Source: Minisyncoccia bacterium (lineage in GTDB: Bacteria > Patescibacteriota > Minisyncoccia > Phycocordibacterales > UBA6065). From it: a stretch of 64,000 bases of DNA. Positions 1 to 8,408 of this stretch are shown here, one piece after another; position 1 is the stretch's first letter; every line of letters begins with the position of its first letter. The stretch is from the NCBI GenBank assembly GCA_044233485.1, contig JBIIJY010000002.1, positions 8,047 through 72,046 on the forward strand. The letters run 5' to 3'. Both the position numbers and the translations under genes were made by a program. Under the pieces are notes generated by a model, which ran no database searches, had not been told where the DNA came from, and worked only from the letters and a program-made list of their open reading frames with translations.

Positions 1-129
1 TGTAGTCTTACCAGCACCAGAGTGCCCGACAATGGTGATAAACTCCTTTGGGTTAACGGTAAATGAGACCTCATCAAGGGCTTTTGAGTTGTCGTTATAG
101 AGCTTCGTGACTTTATCAAAATAAATCAT
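1..129 (-). CDS. ftsE: Cell-division ABC ATPase FtsE, N-terminus only (runs off the window start)
   Basis: Manual translation MIYFDKVTKLYNDNSKALDEVSFTVNPKEFITIVGHSGAGKTT with Walker A GHSGAGKT; downstream of prfB as in the common prfB-ftsEX arrangement. Confidence 0.8.
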   Translation of the reverse strand, partial: MIYFDKVTKLYNDNSKALDEVSFTVNPKEFITIVGHSGAGKTT

Positions 130-185
130 TCTTTCTATTTTATCCCCCAATGCTCCGGATGTACAGTCATTATGGTTGAGTATTT

Positions 186-725
186 TTAGGGATTAGCGAA
201 GCAACCCGCTTCTGTCCATGGGGAACCTATCGAGACACTCGATCGCCCACTGGAACCAACACAGAGATAACGTGTCGAGCCCACTCGCGCCGACTCACCA
301 GGCAAATAGACGATGATAGAAAAGAGTGAGTTGTCGGCCACCTGAGTACCACCGACGTACACGCAGTTTGTTGTACAAGCTGTACCAGTATTCGCGTACA
401 GTGAGTCACAGATTCTGACTGCCTCAGAGGCATACGTCCCAGAAAAAGCCTGTGCGGTACAGGTCGTTGATGTGCCAGCCCACCCACGTTTAAGATCGGC
501 AAAACTACCGTCATCAGCAAATTCTTGCATAAAGAGCTTTCTCATCTCGAGTATTGAGGTACGAATCGCCGCATCTCGGGCTCGACCACGAGCAGTATTA
601 AGTGAGGACAAGACTACGCTCGAGAGCATACCGATAATCGAAATGACCACGAGGAGCTCGATGAGTGTGAAGCCGGGGTAATACGGTCGGGCAATTGAGC
701 TAGTGAAAAATGACTTTAGACTCAT
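186..725 (-). CDS. Type IV pilin / prepilin-type N-methylation domain protein
   Basis: G|FTLIELLVVISIIGMLSSVVL class III signal; Cys-rich variable C-terminus ending GCFANP. Confidence 0.9.
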   Translation of the reverse strand: MSLKSFFTSSIARPYYPGFTLIELLVVISIIGMLSSVVLSSLNTARGRARDAAIRTSILEMRKLFMQEFADDGSFADLKRGWAGTSTTCTAQAFSGTYASEAVRICDSLYANTGTACTTNCVYVGGTQVADNSLFSIIVYLPGESARVGSTRYLCVGSSGRSSVSIGSPWTEAGCFANP

Positions 726-783
726 ATGTACCTAAAAAGTATACCCTGACCGACTTTATTACTATCCCCACTCAAAGCTCGAG

Positions 784-1659
784 CTAGAGCCCTTTTTCTG
801 CGTCGATGAACTCCTGTATTTCACCCTCAAGCACCGCATCAGCATTAGAAGTCTCGATATTGGTCCGAACATCTTTAACAAGTTTGTACGGATGGAGAAC
901 ATAGTTGCGGATCTGATTTCCCCAGTCATTGGAAACGGTTTTTGAGATATAGAGACCTTTTTCTTGAGCTTTTTTCTCTTCCTGACGTAATTTATAGATT
1001 TTACCTTTGATGAGTTCTAATCCCTTCTCTTTGTTTTGTGCCATACTCCGCTCACTGGTCACATGGACAGAGAGCTTGGTCGGAAGGTGGACAATGCGCA
1101 CCGCCGTCTCTCGCTTGTTCACATTCTGGCCACCTGGCCCTCCTGCTTTTGCGGTAGTGATTTCAAACTCAGTCTCAGGAACTTCAATGTCAGTGTGTTT
1201 TTCAAGCTTGGGAATCACTTCTACCATAGCAAACGAAGTCTGTCGTAGCCCTTTTGCATTAAAAGGAGACTGTCGCACCAGACGATGGACTCCGGACTCG
1301 TTTTTCAAAGTACCATACACTCCTTTTCCTTGGATCTCGAGAGTGATGTTCCGATACCCTTTCTGATCATTTGGACTTTCGTCGAGCACATTGTAGCCCC
1401 ACCCGCGAGAATCAGCGTATTTAAGATACATTCGCATAAGCATTCCTACAAAGTCCTCAGCATCGTCTCCCCCCGCCCCAGCAAAAATGGTCATGACTGC
1501 ATCTCCAGAGTCATACGCCCCACCACCAGAGAGTTCAAGCTTAAGTGACTCTATTTCTTTGAGCGTGGCCTGTGCTTTAGCCTTATCAGACCAAAAGTCT
1601 GGTTGGTAGAGCAAAGCTTCGAGCTGGGCGAGTTTTTCTTCTTTAGGATTTAGTGACAC
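784..1659 (-). CDS. prfB: Peptide chain release factor 2, shortened form
   Basis: [13 protein letters not shown] (SPF motif), [10 protein letters not shown] (GGQ), [13 protein letters not shown]; 291 aa. Confidence 0.92.
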   Translation of the reverse strand: MSLNPKEEKLAQLEALLYQPDFWSDKAKAQATLKEIESLKLELSGGGAYDSGDAVMTIFAGAGGDDAEDFVGMLMRMYLKYADSRGWGYNVLDESPNDQKGYRNITLEIQGKGVYGTLKNESGVHRLVRQSPFNAKGLRQTSFAMVEVIPKLEKHTDIEVPETEFEITTAKAGGPGGQNVNKRETAVRIVHLPTKLSVHVTSERSMAQNKEKGLELIKGKIYKLRQEEKKAQEKGLYISKTVSNDWGNQIRNYVLHPYKLVKDVRTNIETSNADAVLEGEIQEFIDAEKGL

Positions 1660-1668
1660 CTACTCATC

Positions 1669-2307
1669 TTAATTGCTCACATAGCCGTCTGTCCAGTAAC
1701 CAAACGCCCAACATGATGTGGCCGGAGTAGCACCATCGAGAGTTGTGGCATTAGTGCCCCCGTCACGCGCCCGATCAATCATTGAAGCAGGTACCCCTTG
1801 GCACGCCCCATCCCCTCCTACCGCATGAACAATCAATTTGTAATTCTGATTTGCATCTGACACGTAGATATACTGAGTTGCAGCTCCATTTGTTGATCGT
1901 AGTGGATCTCTCGGTAGAGTCGGGTACAGACCACTTGAGACGAGTTCGGGGATCCAGTCAACGTGTGGACCAGCGCCAGTCGCCCCTTGGCAAGTAGGAA
2001 CTCCTCCGCGTACATACTGACGAGCAGTCAAACTATCATATGAAGTTCCACTAAAATTACTGTAGTGTCCATTCCAACCACACGAACCCGGGTAGAAACC
2101 ATTTTGAGCATAGTACGACTGGAGTGCCGTATTTATATTCCGAAGATCTTGTAATCGCACTGCTTGCCGAGCTTTTTGCCGACCAGTATTGAGAGACGAC
2201 AAGACCACACTCGAGAGCATACCGATAATCGAAATGACCACGAGGAGTTCGATGAGCGTGAAGCCAGTTAATCTTTTACAACGCACGAAACTAATTGCAG
2301 AGAACAT
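1669..2307 (-). CDS. Type IV pilin / GspG-like pseudopilin
   Basis: G|FTLIELLVVISIIGMLSSVVL; ALQSYYAQNGFYP and LPRDP motifs; ATG at 2307 lies 8 nt after TATACT. Confidence 0.9.
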   Translation of the reverse strand: MFSAISFVRCKRLTGFTLIELLVVISIIGMLSSVVLSSLNTGRQKARQAVRLQDLRNINTALQSYYAQNGFYPGSCGWNGHYSNFSGTSYDSLTARQYVRGGVPTCQGATGAGPHVDWIPELVSSGLYPTLPRDPLRSTNGAATQYIYVSDANQNYKLIVHAVGGDGACQGVPASMIDRARDGGTNATTLDGATPATSCWAFGYWTDGYVSN

Positions 2308-2352
2308 ATACACCTAGTATACATGCAGAGCGGAGGGTGCTGTGGACAAGTG

Positions 2353-2425
2353 AGCCAAAGGCGAGGATCGAACTCGCGACCCCAGCTTTACGAAAGCTGT
2401 GCTCTACCAACTGAGCTACTTTGGC
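2353..2425 (-). tRNA. tRNA-Thr(CGT)
   Basis: GCCAAAGTAGCTCAGTTGGTAGAGCA-CAGCT-TT-CGT-AA-AGCTG-GGGTCGCGAGTTCGATCCTCGC-CTTTGGC-T; U73; CCA not encoded. Confidence 0.97.
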
Positions 2426-2431
2426 TAAAAG

Positions 2432-2575
2432 TGCCACCGAGAGAGCAGCACAAGGACCGTTTATAGGTACGGCCGACGCAGAGGTAGTATCAACGCTGCA
2501 GGACAGCTACACAACCCTGGGTCTGCCACGTGCGCACTGGCAGGAAGTCAGGCGACGTTTGCTCCCTCGATAGCA
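2432..2575 (-). ncRNA. Candidate structured ncRNA immediately upstream of tRNA-Thr(CGT)
   Basis: 16-bp terminal helix (2560-2575 with 2432-2447) fully paired only on the minus strand via G-U pairs; internal hairpins; extended -10 TGnTAGTAT at 2581-2589. Confidence 0.6.
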
Positions 2576-2608
2576 GACTCATACTATCATTTTCATACTT
2601 CTAGGCAA

Positions 2609-3187
2609 TTATGGATTAGCATAACAGCCAGACTCAGACCACATATAAGCATCATTGTTATTTGAGAATCCGCTAGCTTGGGTAAGCCCTGCTCCGTCTA
2701 CTTCAGAAACTCCTCCGCTACTTCCCACACAAAGAAAACGATTGGCACCGGCTTGTTGCGATCTTCCGGGAAGATAGAATATACTTGAGTATACAGTGTC
2801 AGGATTAGAGCCAGCCCAGGCGATACTTGTATTCCCTAACCACGCGCATGTATTACTTGGGCAGGTACCGATAGTAGCAATATATGATTGACAGAGCCTT
2901 ACCATCTCACTAGCATAATTACCACTAAATCCCCCACTCGAGCACCCGCCACTAGTACCAAACCAGCCAGAGACGTCACCGTTGCCTTTAAGTTGTGTGT
3001 AACTTCCAGTATCAGCAAACTGTTGTGCGTAGAGCGTCCGTATCTGTGTTGCGATCTGCCGGACTGCTGCATCACGAGCACGCAGACGTGAAGAGTTGAG
3101 TGAAGCAAGAATGACACTCGAGAGCATACCAATGATCGCAATTACGACGAGGAGTTCAATGAGAGTAAATGCTCTGAGAGGCTTCAT
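2609..3187 (-). CDS. Type IV pilin
   Basis: MKPLRA|FTLIELLVVIAIIGMLSSVIL; paralogue of 186-725 (RYLCVGSSG/RFLCVGSSG, GCFANP/GCYANP); start trimmed from ORF 3289 to the ATG at 3187. Confidence 0.9.
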   Translation of the reverse strand: MKPLRAFTLIELLVVIAIIGMLSSVILASLNSSRLRARDAAVRQIATQIRTLYAQQFADTGSYTQLKGNGDVSGWFGTSGGCSSGGFSGNYASEMVRLCQSYIATIGTCPSNTCAWLGNTSIAWAGSNPDTVYSSIFYLPGRSQQAGANRFLCVGSSGGVSEVDGAGLTQASGFSNNNDAYMWSESGCYANP

Positions 3188-3297
3188 GTAAAATAAGTAT
3201 ATCTCAGTTTGAATATGTATTTTACGCACGCATGTGAACAAGGCAATGTTCCGGCTTTCAATTCCGGACGTATGCAAAGTCATTTGCATACTTCATG

Positions 3298-3603
3298 AGC
3301 CAATGACCAGAATTGAACTGGTGACCTTTCCCTTCGCTTCTACCTCAACTTCAAAGAAAATTAAACCTACTTATACTTGAGGGCTAGACTGTATCTTATA
3401 CCGCATCTTAATACGTGGTGTGGTACCCCTTGTCAGTCGTTCGGGCCCGGGTGCAATGCACTTTAGGACCACGGTCTTGTCCGGCAGGCCTGTGTGGTCG
3501 TCGGATGTTAACCGTAATTCGGGTTATCCAATCGGATTACTCCGAGAGGAGGCAACAATGAACTGTCACCATGGGAATGCTCTACCAACTGAGCTACATT
3601 GGC
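3298..3603 (-). tRNA. tRNA-Thr(GGT) split by an intron (exons 3568-3603 and 3298-3334)
   Basis: 5' exon GCCAATGTAGCTCAGTTGGTAGAGCATTCCCATGGT (36 nt) plus 3' exon AAGGGAAAGGTCACCAGTTCAATTCTGGTCATTGGCT (37 nt) join into a 73-nt cloverleaf with anticodon arm TTCCC-AT-GGT-AA-GGGAA. Confidence 0.93.
3335..3567 (-). ncRNA. Group I self-splicing intron, 233 nt, no internal ORF
   Basis: 5' exon ends in U and intron ends in G; P1 GGU^GACAG-UUCA-UUGUUGCC with U.G at the splice site; P7 GACUG/CAGUC within R-like AACGACUG (3434-3441) and S-like AAGAUACAGUC (3387-3397). Confidence 0.9.
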
Positions 3604-3684
3604 TTATTAAAACTACAAAGATCTTCTTTCACTCTCAGGAAAGACTAATACTACTGTATTCTCCGCTTTTTTCAATCCACACCC

Positions 3685-6600
3685 TTACCTCCCCCTCCCC
3701 ATCACCCCCCTCGTCACCGGGCCAAAGAAGCCAAGAGCGGGAGTAATGTTGTTGGCTTTCTGGTAGCGGATGAGAGCAGCACGGGTAGCAGGGCCAAAGT
3801 AGAAGGTTTCGTTGCCAGGAGAGCCAAAGCCTGTCGTAGAGACAGTGAAGCCTTGTGAGTTCAAGAAGCGTTGGAGGAGCTGTACATCAGTACCGTATGA
3901 AGAGACGGTGAGACTACGGGTGAAGGTAGTGGGTGTAATGGGTGGTGGGAGGATGTTGGTGGTCGATGAGAGGCGTAGGAGTGTGGTGGTACCTCGGGGG
4001 GTGTTGACGACCACAGGAGCAGAGCGGCCGCCACCTCCTCCGCCGGAGCGAGAGATGGTGGTGACTACGGGAGCCGGGACAACAGTGAGAGTGAATTCTT
4101 GAGTATGGTAGAAGACTTGAGCCGCTGAGAGTGTATCAGTGATTTTGATACTGAAGGTAGAGGTGGTAGCGGTGGTTGGAGTACCACTGATGATGCCGGT
4201 GCTGGTGTTGAGAGAGAGGCCGTCGGGGAGGGTGCCAGAGGTGAGTTCATACGTAACAGTTCCCTGCTCTCCCTTAGGAGTGAGGAGGGTGAAATATGAA
4301 GTGCCGACCGTAGCCTGTGAGATGGTCGGTGAAGAGAAGGAGATCAGCTGGAAGAGGAGGAGGCGCCTTGGCGCTTGATCTGCGTAGTAGAGGATTCTAT
4401 CAGAATTATTAAACTCCATCGAGTAACCGTACTGAATGGCACTTTGCGTGACGGAATTCGTGTCGGTTATTGAAGTAAAATTAGTACTGTTAAGTATCGC
4501 CACCGCCCCTTCGTTATTTGCAATATCTGCCGTGTCATAAATTTTGACTCGGGCGACGTTGGACGCTTGTGCGTCCATGACATAGAGAAGTTTATTTTGA
4601 GAATCAAATGTAAGCGCATTTGGGCCAGTGAAGCCGGACTGTGTTGTCTCACTTACCTGTGCAGTGAAATTTACTTGCCCGAGTACATACGAAGCATCCA
4701 TACCGTTCGTAATACCACTGGAGAGATCGAAGACAAGAATGCGGTTGAACTGACCATCAGCTACAAACAAGAGTGAACGACCTTCATCAATAGCAATATC
4801 ACTAATAAAAGTACTTGATGCCGTTGGTGATGCCGGCTCTGTATCTGTCGTAAAATCCGGCTGCCCGAGCACATACGAAGCATCCATACCGTTGGTGATA
4901 CCACTGGAGAGATCGAAGACAAGAATGCGGTAATTTGACGGGTCATTTACAAAAAGTCGCTTATGAAGAGAGTCATATTCAATCCCATCGCCGTTGTAAC
5001 CAGCAAACTGATTTTCAGAAAGACCAGGAGAAAGAGTGGTGAAGTTTGTCGAACCAAGTACGTATGAAGCATTCATATTATCTACAACTCCATTTGAAAC
5101 ATCGAACACCAAGACGCGCCCGAAGTAATCGAGTACGAATAGTCGCTGCTCTTCATCATCATAAGTGATAGATTTTGAACCCAAACCAAATCTATTTGCT
5201 GTTGTAGTGGCGTTACATTCACGCTCAATGGAATCACAGCCAATTACCGCCTCTGGAGTGGTATCTACCGGACGACCACTGGCAGTGAGATTATACACTC
5301 GGACTTCACCGTTACCTCCCACAAAAAGTCTGTTGCGTGTCTCATCGACAGCAATCGCTATAGGAATAAGTCTATTGAATACCGGCTGATCATACACCTG
5401 ACTCTTAGAAAAGTTTTGATTTCCCTGCGAGTCCGTCTGGCCGAGTACTCTATATGCACTCATACCGTTTTCGATAGTTCCCGGACTCACATTAAAGACC
5501 AAAACTCGAGCGCGATCACTATCTGCCACAAACAGGTCGAGCTCACCGTTACCTCTGACATTAATCTGTAAATCTCCTGCAGAACCTACGTTATTTCCAG
5601 AGACAGATGGGTCATAGTCAGACCCTGTATAGTATGCGGAAGTAAAGTTGGGACCACCCAACACATACGTCGCATCCATACCATTGGTAATCCCCCCCGA
5701 GAGGTCGAAGATGAGGATGCGACCAAATTCAAAAACATACAGTCTGTTTTGATGAACGGTAATCGAACTAGGCGCATTAACAAAACTAGAGCCGGTCATT
5801 CCTGTAACTCCCGACTCGAAATCCGGTTGCCCGAGTACATACGACGGATCCATGCCATTCGTGATTCCACCCGAGAGATCGAAGACAAGGATACGGTAGG
5901 AATATGCATCAAGTACAAAAAGTCTCTCGCTCACCTCATCGTAAAAAACATCATTTACATCAATCGTAGAACTCGCCGTCAAACTGTCTCCAAGATTTGT
6001 TTCCAAATCTGGCTGCCCGAGTGCATACGAAGCATCCATATTGTCCATAATCCCAGCACTCATATCAAAAATAAGCACTCGATTTAAGGTTTGATCTGTC
6101 ACAAATAATCGCTCAGTTGTCGTACTGTAGTGAATTTTTCCTACTGCAGCGAAGTTGTTTGCAAGTGGTGATAATGGTGAATCCCCTGTCTCAAAATCTG
6201 GCTGCCCGAGCACATACGACGCGTCCATACCATTGGTAATTCCCCCCGAGAGGTCGAAGACGAGAATGCGATTCCAAAGGTAGTCTGCAACATAGAGGAG
6301 TTGATTCACCGAGTCAATTTCGATTCCACTTGCTGCGAACTCACGGGCATTTGCGTCAACTGGACTATTGTTAGTCACAAAATCTGGTTGCCCCAGAACA
6401 TAGTCTGCAACATTATCAATAAGTTCATTATCAGTCGTAAGATTGTAGACCAAGATACGTGTCTCACCATCGAGAACATAGAGCTTGTGATGCACTGGAT
6501 CCAGAGTAATTGAAAAAGGCCACTGGAAACCGTTGGCGCTCGCATCGATATTCCCGCCGTATGAAGTAGTAAAGCTCGGATTACCACTTACATCAAACGT

Positions 6601-6735
6601 TCCAAGAACATCGGATGCATTAAAACCCGCTTCGGCCACTTGTGGTGCCCAAACGACGAGTGAGAGTATAGAGAGAAAAACTATTGTACCGAACTTTTGC
6701 ACAACACAAATTAGTATATCACCACTATCGCACAA
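3685..6735 (-). CDS. Secreted NHL/beta-propeller repeat protein with Ig (He_PIG-like) and C-terminal peptidoglycan-binding domain
   Basis: Signal peptide; repeats RILVFDLSGGITNGMDASYVLGQPDF; GTLPDGLSLNTSTGIISGTPT; DVQLLQRFLN...FGPATRAALIRYQ...GFFGPVTR. Confidence 0.85.
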   Translation of the reverse strand: MCDSGDILICVVQKFGTIVFLSILSLVVWAPQVAEAGFNASDVLGTFDVSGNPSFTTSYGGNIDASANGFQWPFSITLDPVHHKLYVLDGETRILVYNLTTDNELIDNVADYVLGQPDFVTNNSPVDANAREFAASGIEIDSVNQLLYVADYLWNRILVFDLSGGITNGMDASYVLGQPDFETGDSPLSPLANNFAAVGKIHYSTTTERLFVTDQTLNRVLIFDMSAGIMDNMDASYALGQPDLETNLGDSLTASSTIDVNDVFYDEVSERLFVLDAYSYRILVFDLSGGITNGMDPSYVLGQPDFESGVTGMTGSSFVNAPSSITVHQNRLYVFEFGRILIFDLSGGITNGMDATYVLGGPNFTSAYYTGSDYDPSVSGNNVGSAGDLQINVRGNGELDLFVADSDRARVLVFNVSPGTIENGMSAYRVLGQTDSQGNQNFSKSQVYDQPVFNRLIPIAIAVDETRNRLFVGGNGEVRVYNLTASGRPVDTTPEAVIGCDSIERECNATTTANRFGLGSKSITYDDEEQRLFVLDYFGRVLVFDVSNGVVDNMNASYVLGSTNFTTLSPGLSENQFAGYNGDGIEYDSLHKRLFVNDPSNYRILVFDLSSGITNGMDASYVLGQPDFTTDTEPASPTASSTFISDIAIDEGRSLLFVADGQFNRILVFDLSSGITNGMDASYVLGQVNFTAQVSETTQSGFTGPNALTFDSQNKLLYVMDAQASNVARVKIYDTADIANNEGAVAILNSTNFTSITDTNSVTQSAIQYGYSMEFNNSDRILYYADQAPRRLLLFQLISFSSPTISQATVGTSYFTLLTPKGEQGTVTYELTSGTLPDGLSLNTSTGIISGTPTTATTSTFSIKITDTLSAAQVFYHTQEFTLTVVPAPVVTTISRSGGGGGGRSAPVVVNTPRGTTTLLRLSSTTNILPPPITPTTFTRSLTVSSYGTDVQLLQRFLNSQGFTVSTTGFGSPGNETFYFGPATRAALIRYQKANNITPALGFFGPVTRGVMGRGR

Positions 6736-6747
6736 CCCATTATGCTC

Positions 6748-6785
6748 AATGTTAAAAACTCGCCCAAAGGCGAGTTTTTAACATT
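6748..6785. terminator. Intrinsic terminator hairpin
   Basis: AATGTTAAAAACTCGCC-CAAA-GGCGAGTTTTTAACATT, perfect 17-bp inverted repeat just after the stop at 6802. Confidence 0.8.
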
Positions 6786-6801
6786 CATTTTAATAAGAGA
6801 A

Positions 6802-8346
6802 TTACTTGGTCATCAAATCTTTGTTCTTTTGATACCACTGGAATACATTCACCCCTGCAAGAATTATTACCACAAGGAGAAGCCAGAGCCATGCGGGCAC
6901 TCGAGAGAGGTCGATCGAGAGTGCAGCCGCGCCGGCAAGATTTCGATTGCCACTTCGAGCAACAGGATTCGTCCCGTCACCGTCGAGCACTGCGAGTGAA
7001 CAGTTTCGTACAATGGATTGTGTACCTGAAGTAACAGTTACAAACATATCTTTAGTACCACCTTCATTGTATGAGGTCGTGATCTGTGAAGTCGAACCAT
7101 TGACCCCGTCAGTTCCTGTCCAAGCGTATGAGTACTTGCCTGTTCCACCAGTCGGCTGAACAGTCCAGTTCACTTCCTGACCGATCTCTGCCTGATTTAC
7201 ACCAGGAACACAGACCGCATCAAGCTTTCCTGTTGCAGCGGCTGTAGCGACTGTCCGTGTCACTGTCGGAGCAACATAGGTTGTCACTGGAGCGACATAT
7301 GTCTGAGCTGGTCGTGAGGCTACTGTCACTGAAGGACAGTTCACACGACTCGTACGATACTGATTTCGAACAGTAAGGACGATATCTTTCGTACCAGCAG
7401 AACTGAAACTTGTCGTAAAACGACTTCCTCGACCATTGGTATCTGCCCCTGCCCAATAATATTCAAGGTCACCACCAGCATAGTCTGTGTATGCCGTAAA
7501 CTCTACCGTCGCACCTGTGAGTACGTATCGTGGAGACACCTCACATCGTGCGGTGCCGAAATTGTATCGGTCTCGAGAGTTGTTGTATGAATAGTCGTAA
7601 TAATTGTCGTTATAATAATCAGTCTCACGAACAGTTACACTGCCACAGTTAAGATAACTTGAGTAGCCATTAGTATCGTAGAGTGTTACATATGCATATT
7701 TCGTACCTGAGAAGTCATAGGTAATATCCATTCGTGATGAATCACCGTACAAACCCTCTGAACCAGACCAGGCATATGAATAAGAACCAGTCCCTCCATT
7801 TGGGTACACTCGCCAACGCACTGTCTGACCACGGTCGACAACTGAGCGGTCTGGTGAACAAGTACCATTTACATTTGACCCAGGGAAATTATTCCCACGG
7901 TTATTTGAGGCGTTTGTCGGGAGCCCACAACGAAGCTCGAGAATTCCACTATTAAATTGCTTTGCGGGGATTGAAGTCCAGCCACTATTTGTCCAACTAA
8001 TAATAAAGTTGTCACTTGGAGAATCAAAACTAATAGGAGTATAGCCAAGTGATACTGCCTGAGGATGTGAAGCACGACACACTGCCTGAGCAGTTGCCTC
8101 GTTTGCCTGATAGCGAGCAGCGTATGCGTTCAACACTCCTTCACCGTTTGTATTCGTGAAGACACAGTACTGCGTTGATCCGAGGAGACGGATCTCAGCG
8201 CCGGTAGGACATCCATACACTCGAGGTGGATTGTAATCTGCCGCTTGAGCACTTGTCGCGCCAAACGTAAGAGCAACTGCGGTGAGTCCGAGTGCATACA
8301 AAGCTGTTTTTAGCGTTTTCATAGTGGTAACTTGAATTAAGTTCAT
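6802..8346 (-). CDS. Surface protein with three PKD/Ig-like domains and C-terminal membrane anchor
   Basis: Signal peptide (AQA|AD); repeated GGTGxYSYAW(S/T)G motifs; C-terminal TM WLWLLLVVIILAG. Confidence 0.8.
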   Translation of the reverse strand: MNLIQVTTMKTLKTALYALGLTAVALTFGATSAQAADYNPPRVYGCPTGAEIRLLGSTQYCVFTNTNGEGVLNAYAARYQANEATAQAVCRASHPQAVSLGYTPISFDSPSDNFIISWTNSGWTSIPAKQFNSGILELRCGLPTNASNNRGNNFPGSNVNGTCSPDRSVVDRGQTVRWRVYPNGGTGSYSYAWSGSEGLYGDSSRMDITYDFSGTKYAYVTLYDTNGYSSYLNCGSVTVRETDYYNDNYYDYSYNNSRDRYNFGTARCEVSPRYVLTGATVEFTAYTDYAGGDLEYYWAGADTNGRGSRFTTSFSSAGTKDIVLTVRNQYRTSRVNCPSVTVASRPAQTYVAPVTTYVAPTVTRTVATAAATGKLDAVCVPGVNQAEIGQEVNWTVQPTGGTGKYSYAWTGTDGVNGSTSQITTSYNEGGTKDMFVTVTSGTQSIVRNCSLAVLDGDGTNPVARSGNRNLAGAAALSIDLSRVPAWLWLLLVVIILAGVNVFQWYQKNKDLMTK

Positions 8347-8408
8347 AGATAGTAATTATATCGCGTTTTAGACGCGCTGTCAATGGCACCCGAGGGCTTT
8401 CCGAGGCC

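Noticed and set aside
1640-1700. Programmed +1 frameshift in prfB
   Set aside because: No CTT-TGA-C or internal SD; the nearby ATG-AGT-AGG-TGT-CAC-TAA is not in the +1 relationship, and the pilin stop lies immediately upstream.
3420-3746. 108-aa plus-strand ORF as a homing endonuclease
   Set aside because: Antisense to the intron and tRNA, with no LAGLIDADG, GIY-YIG or HNH motif.
4680-6420. Regularly spaced DNA repeats as a CRISPR array
   Set aside because: They are in-frame protein repeats with synonymous variation, about 180-190 bp apart; no cas genes are present.
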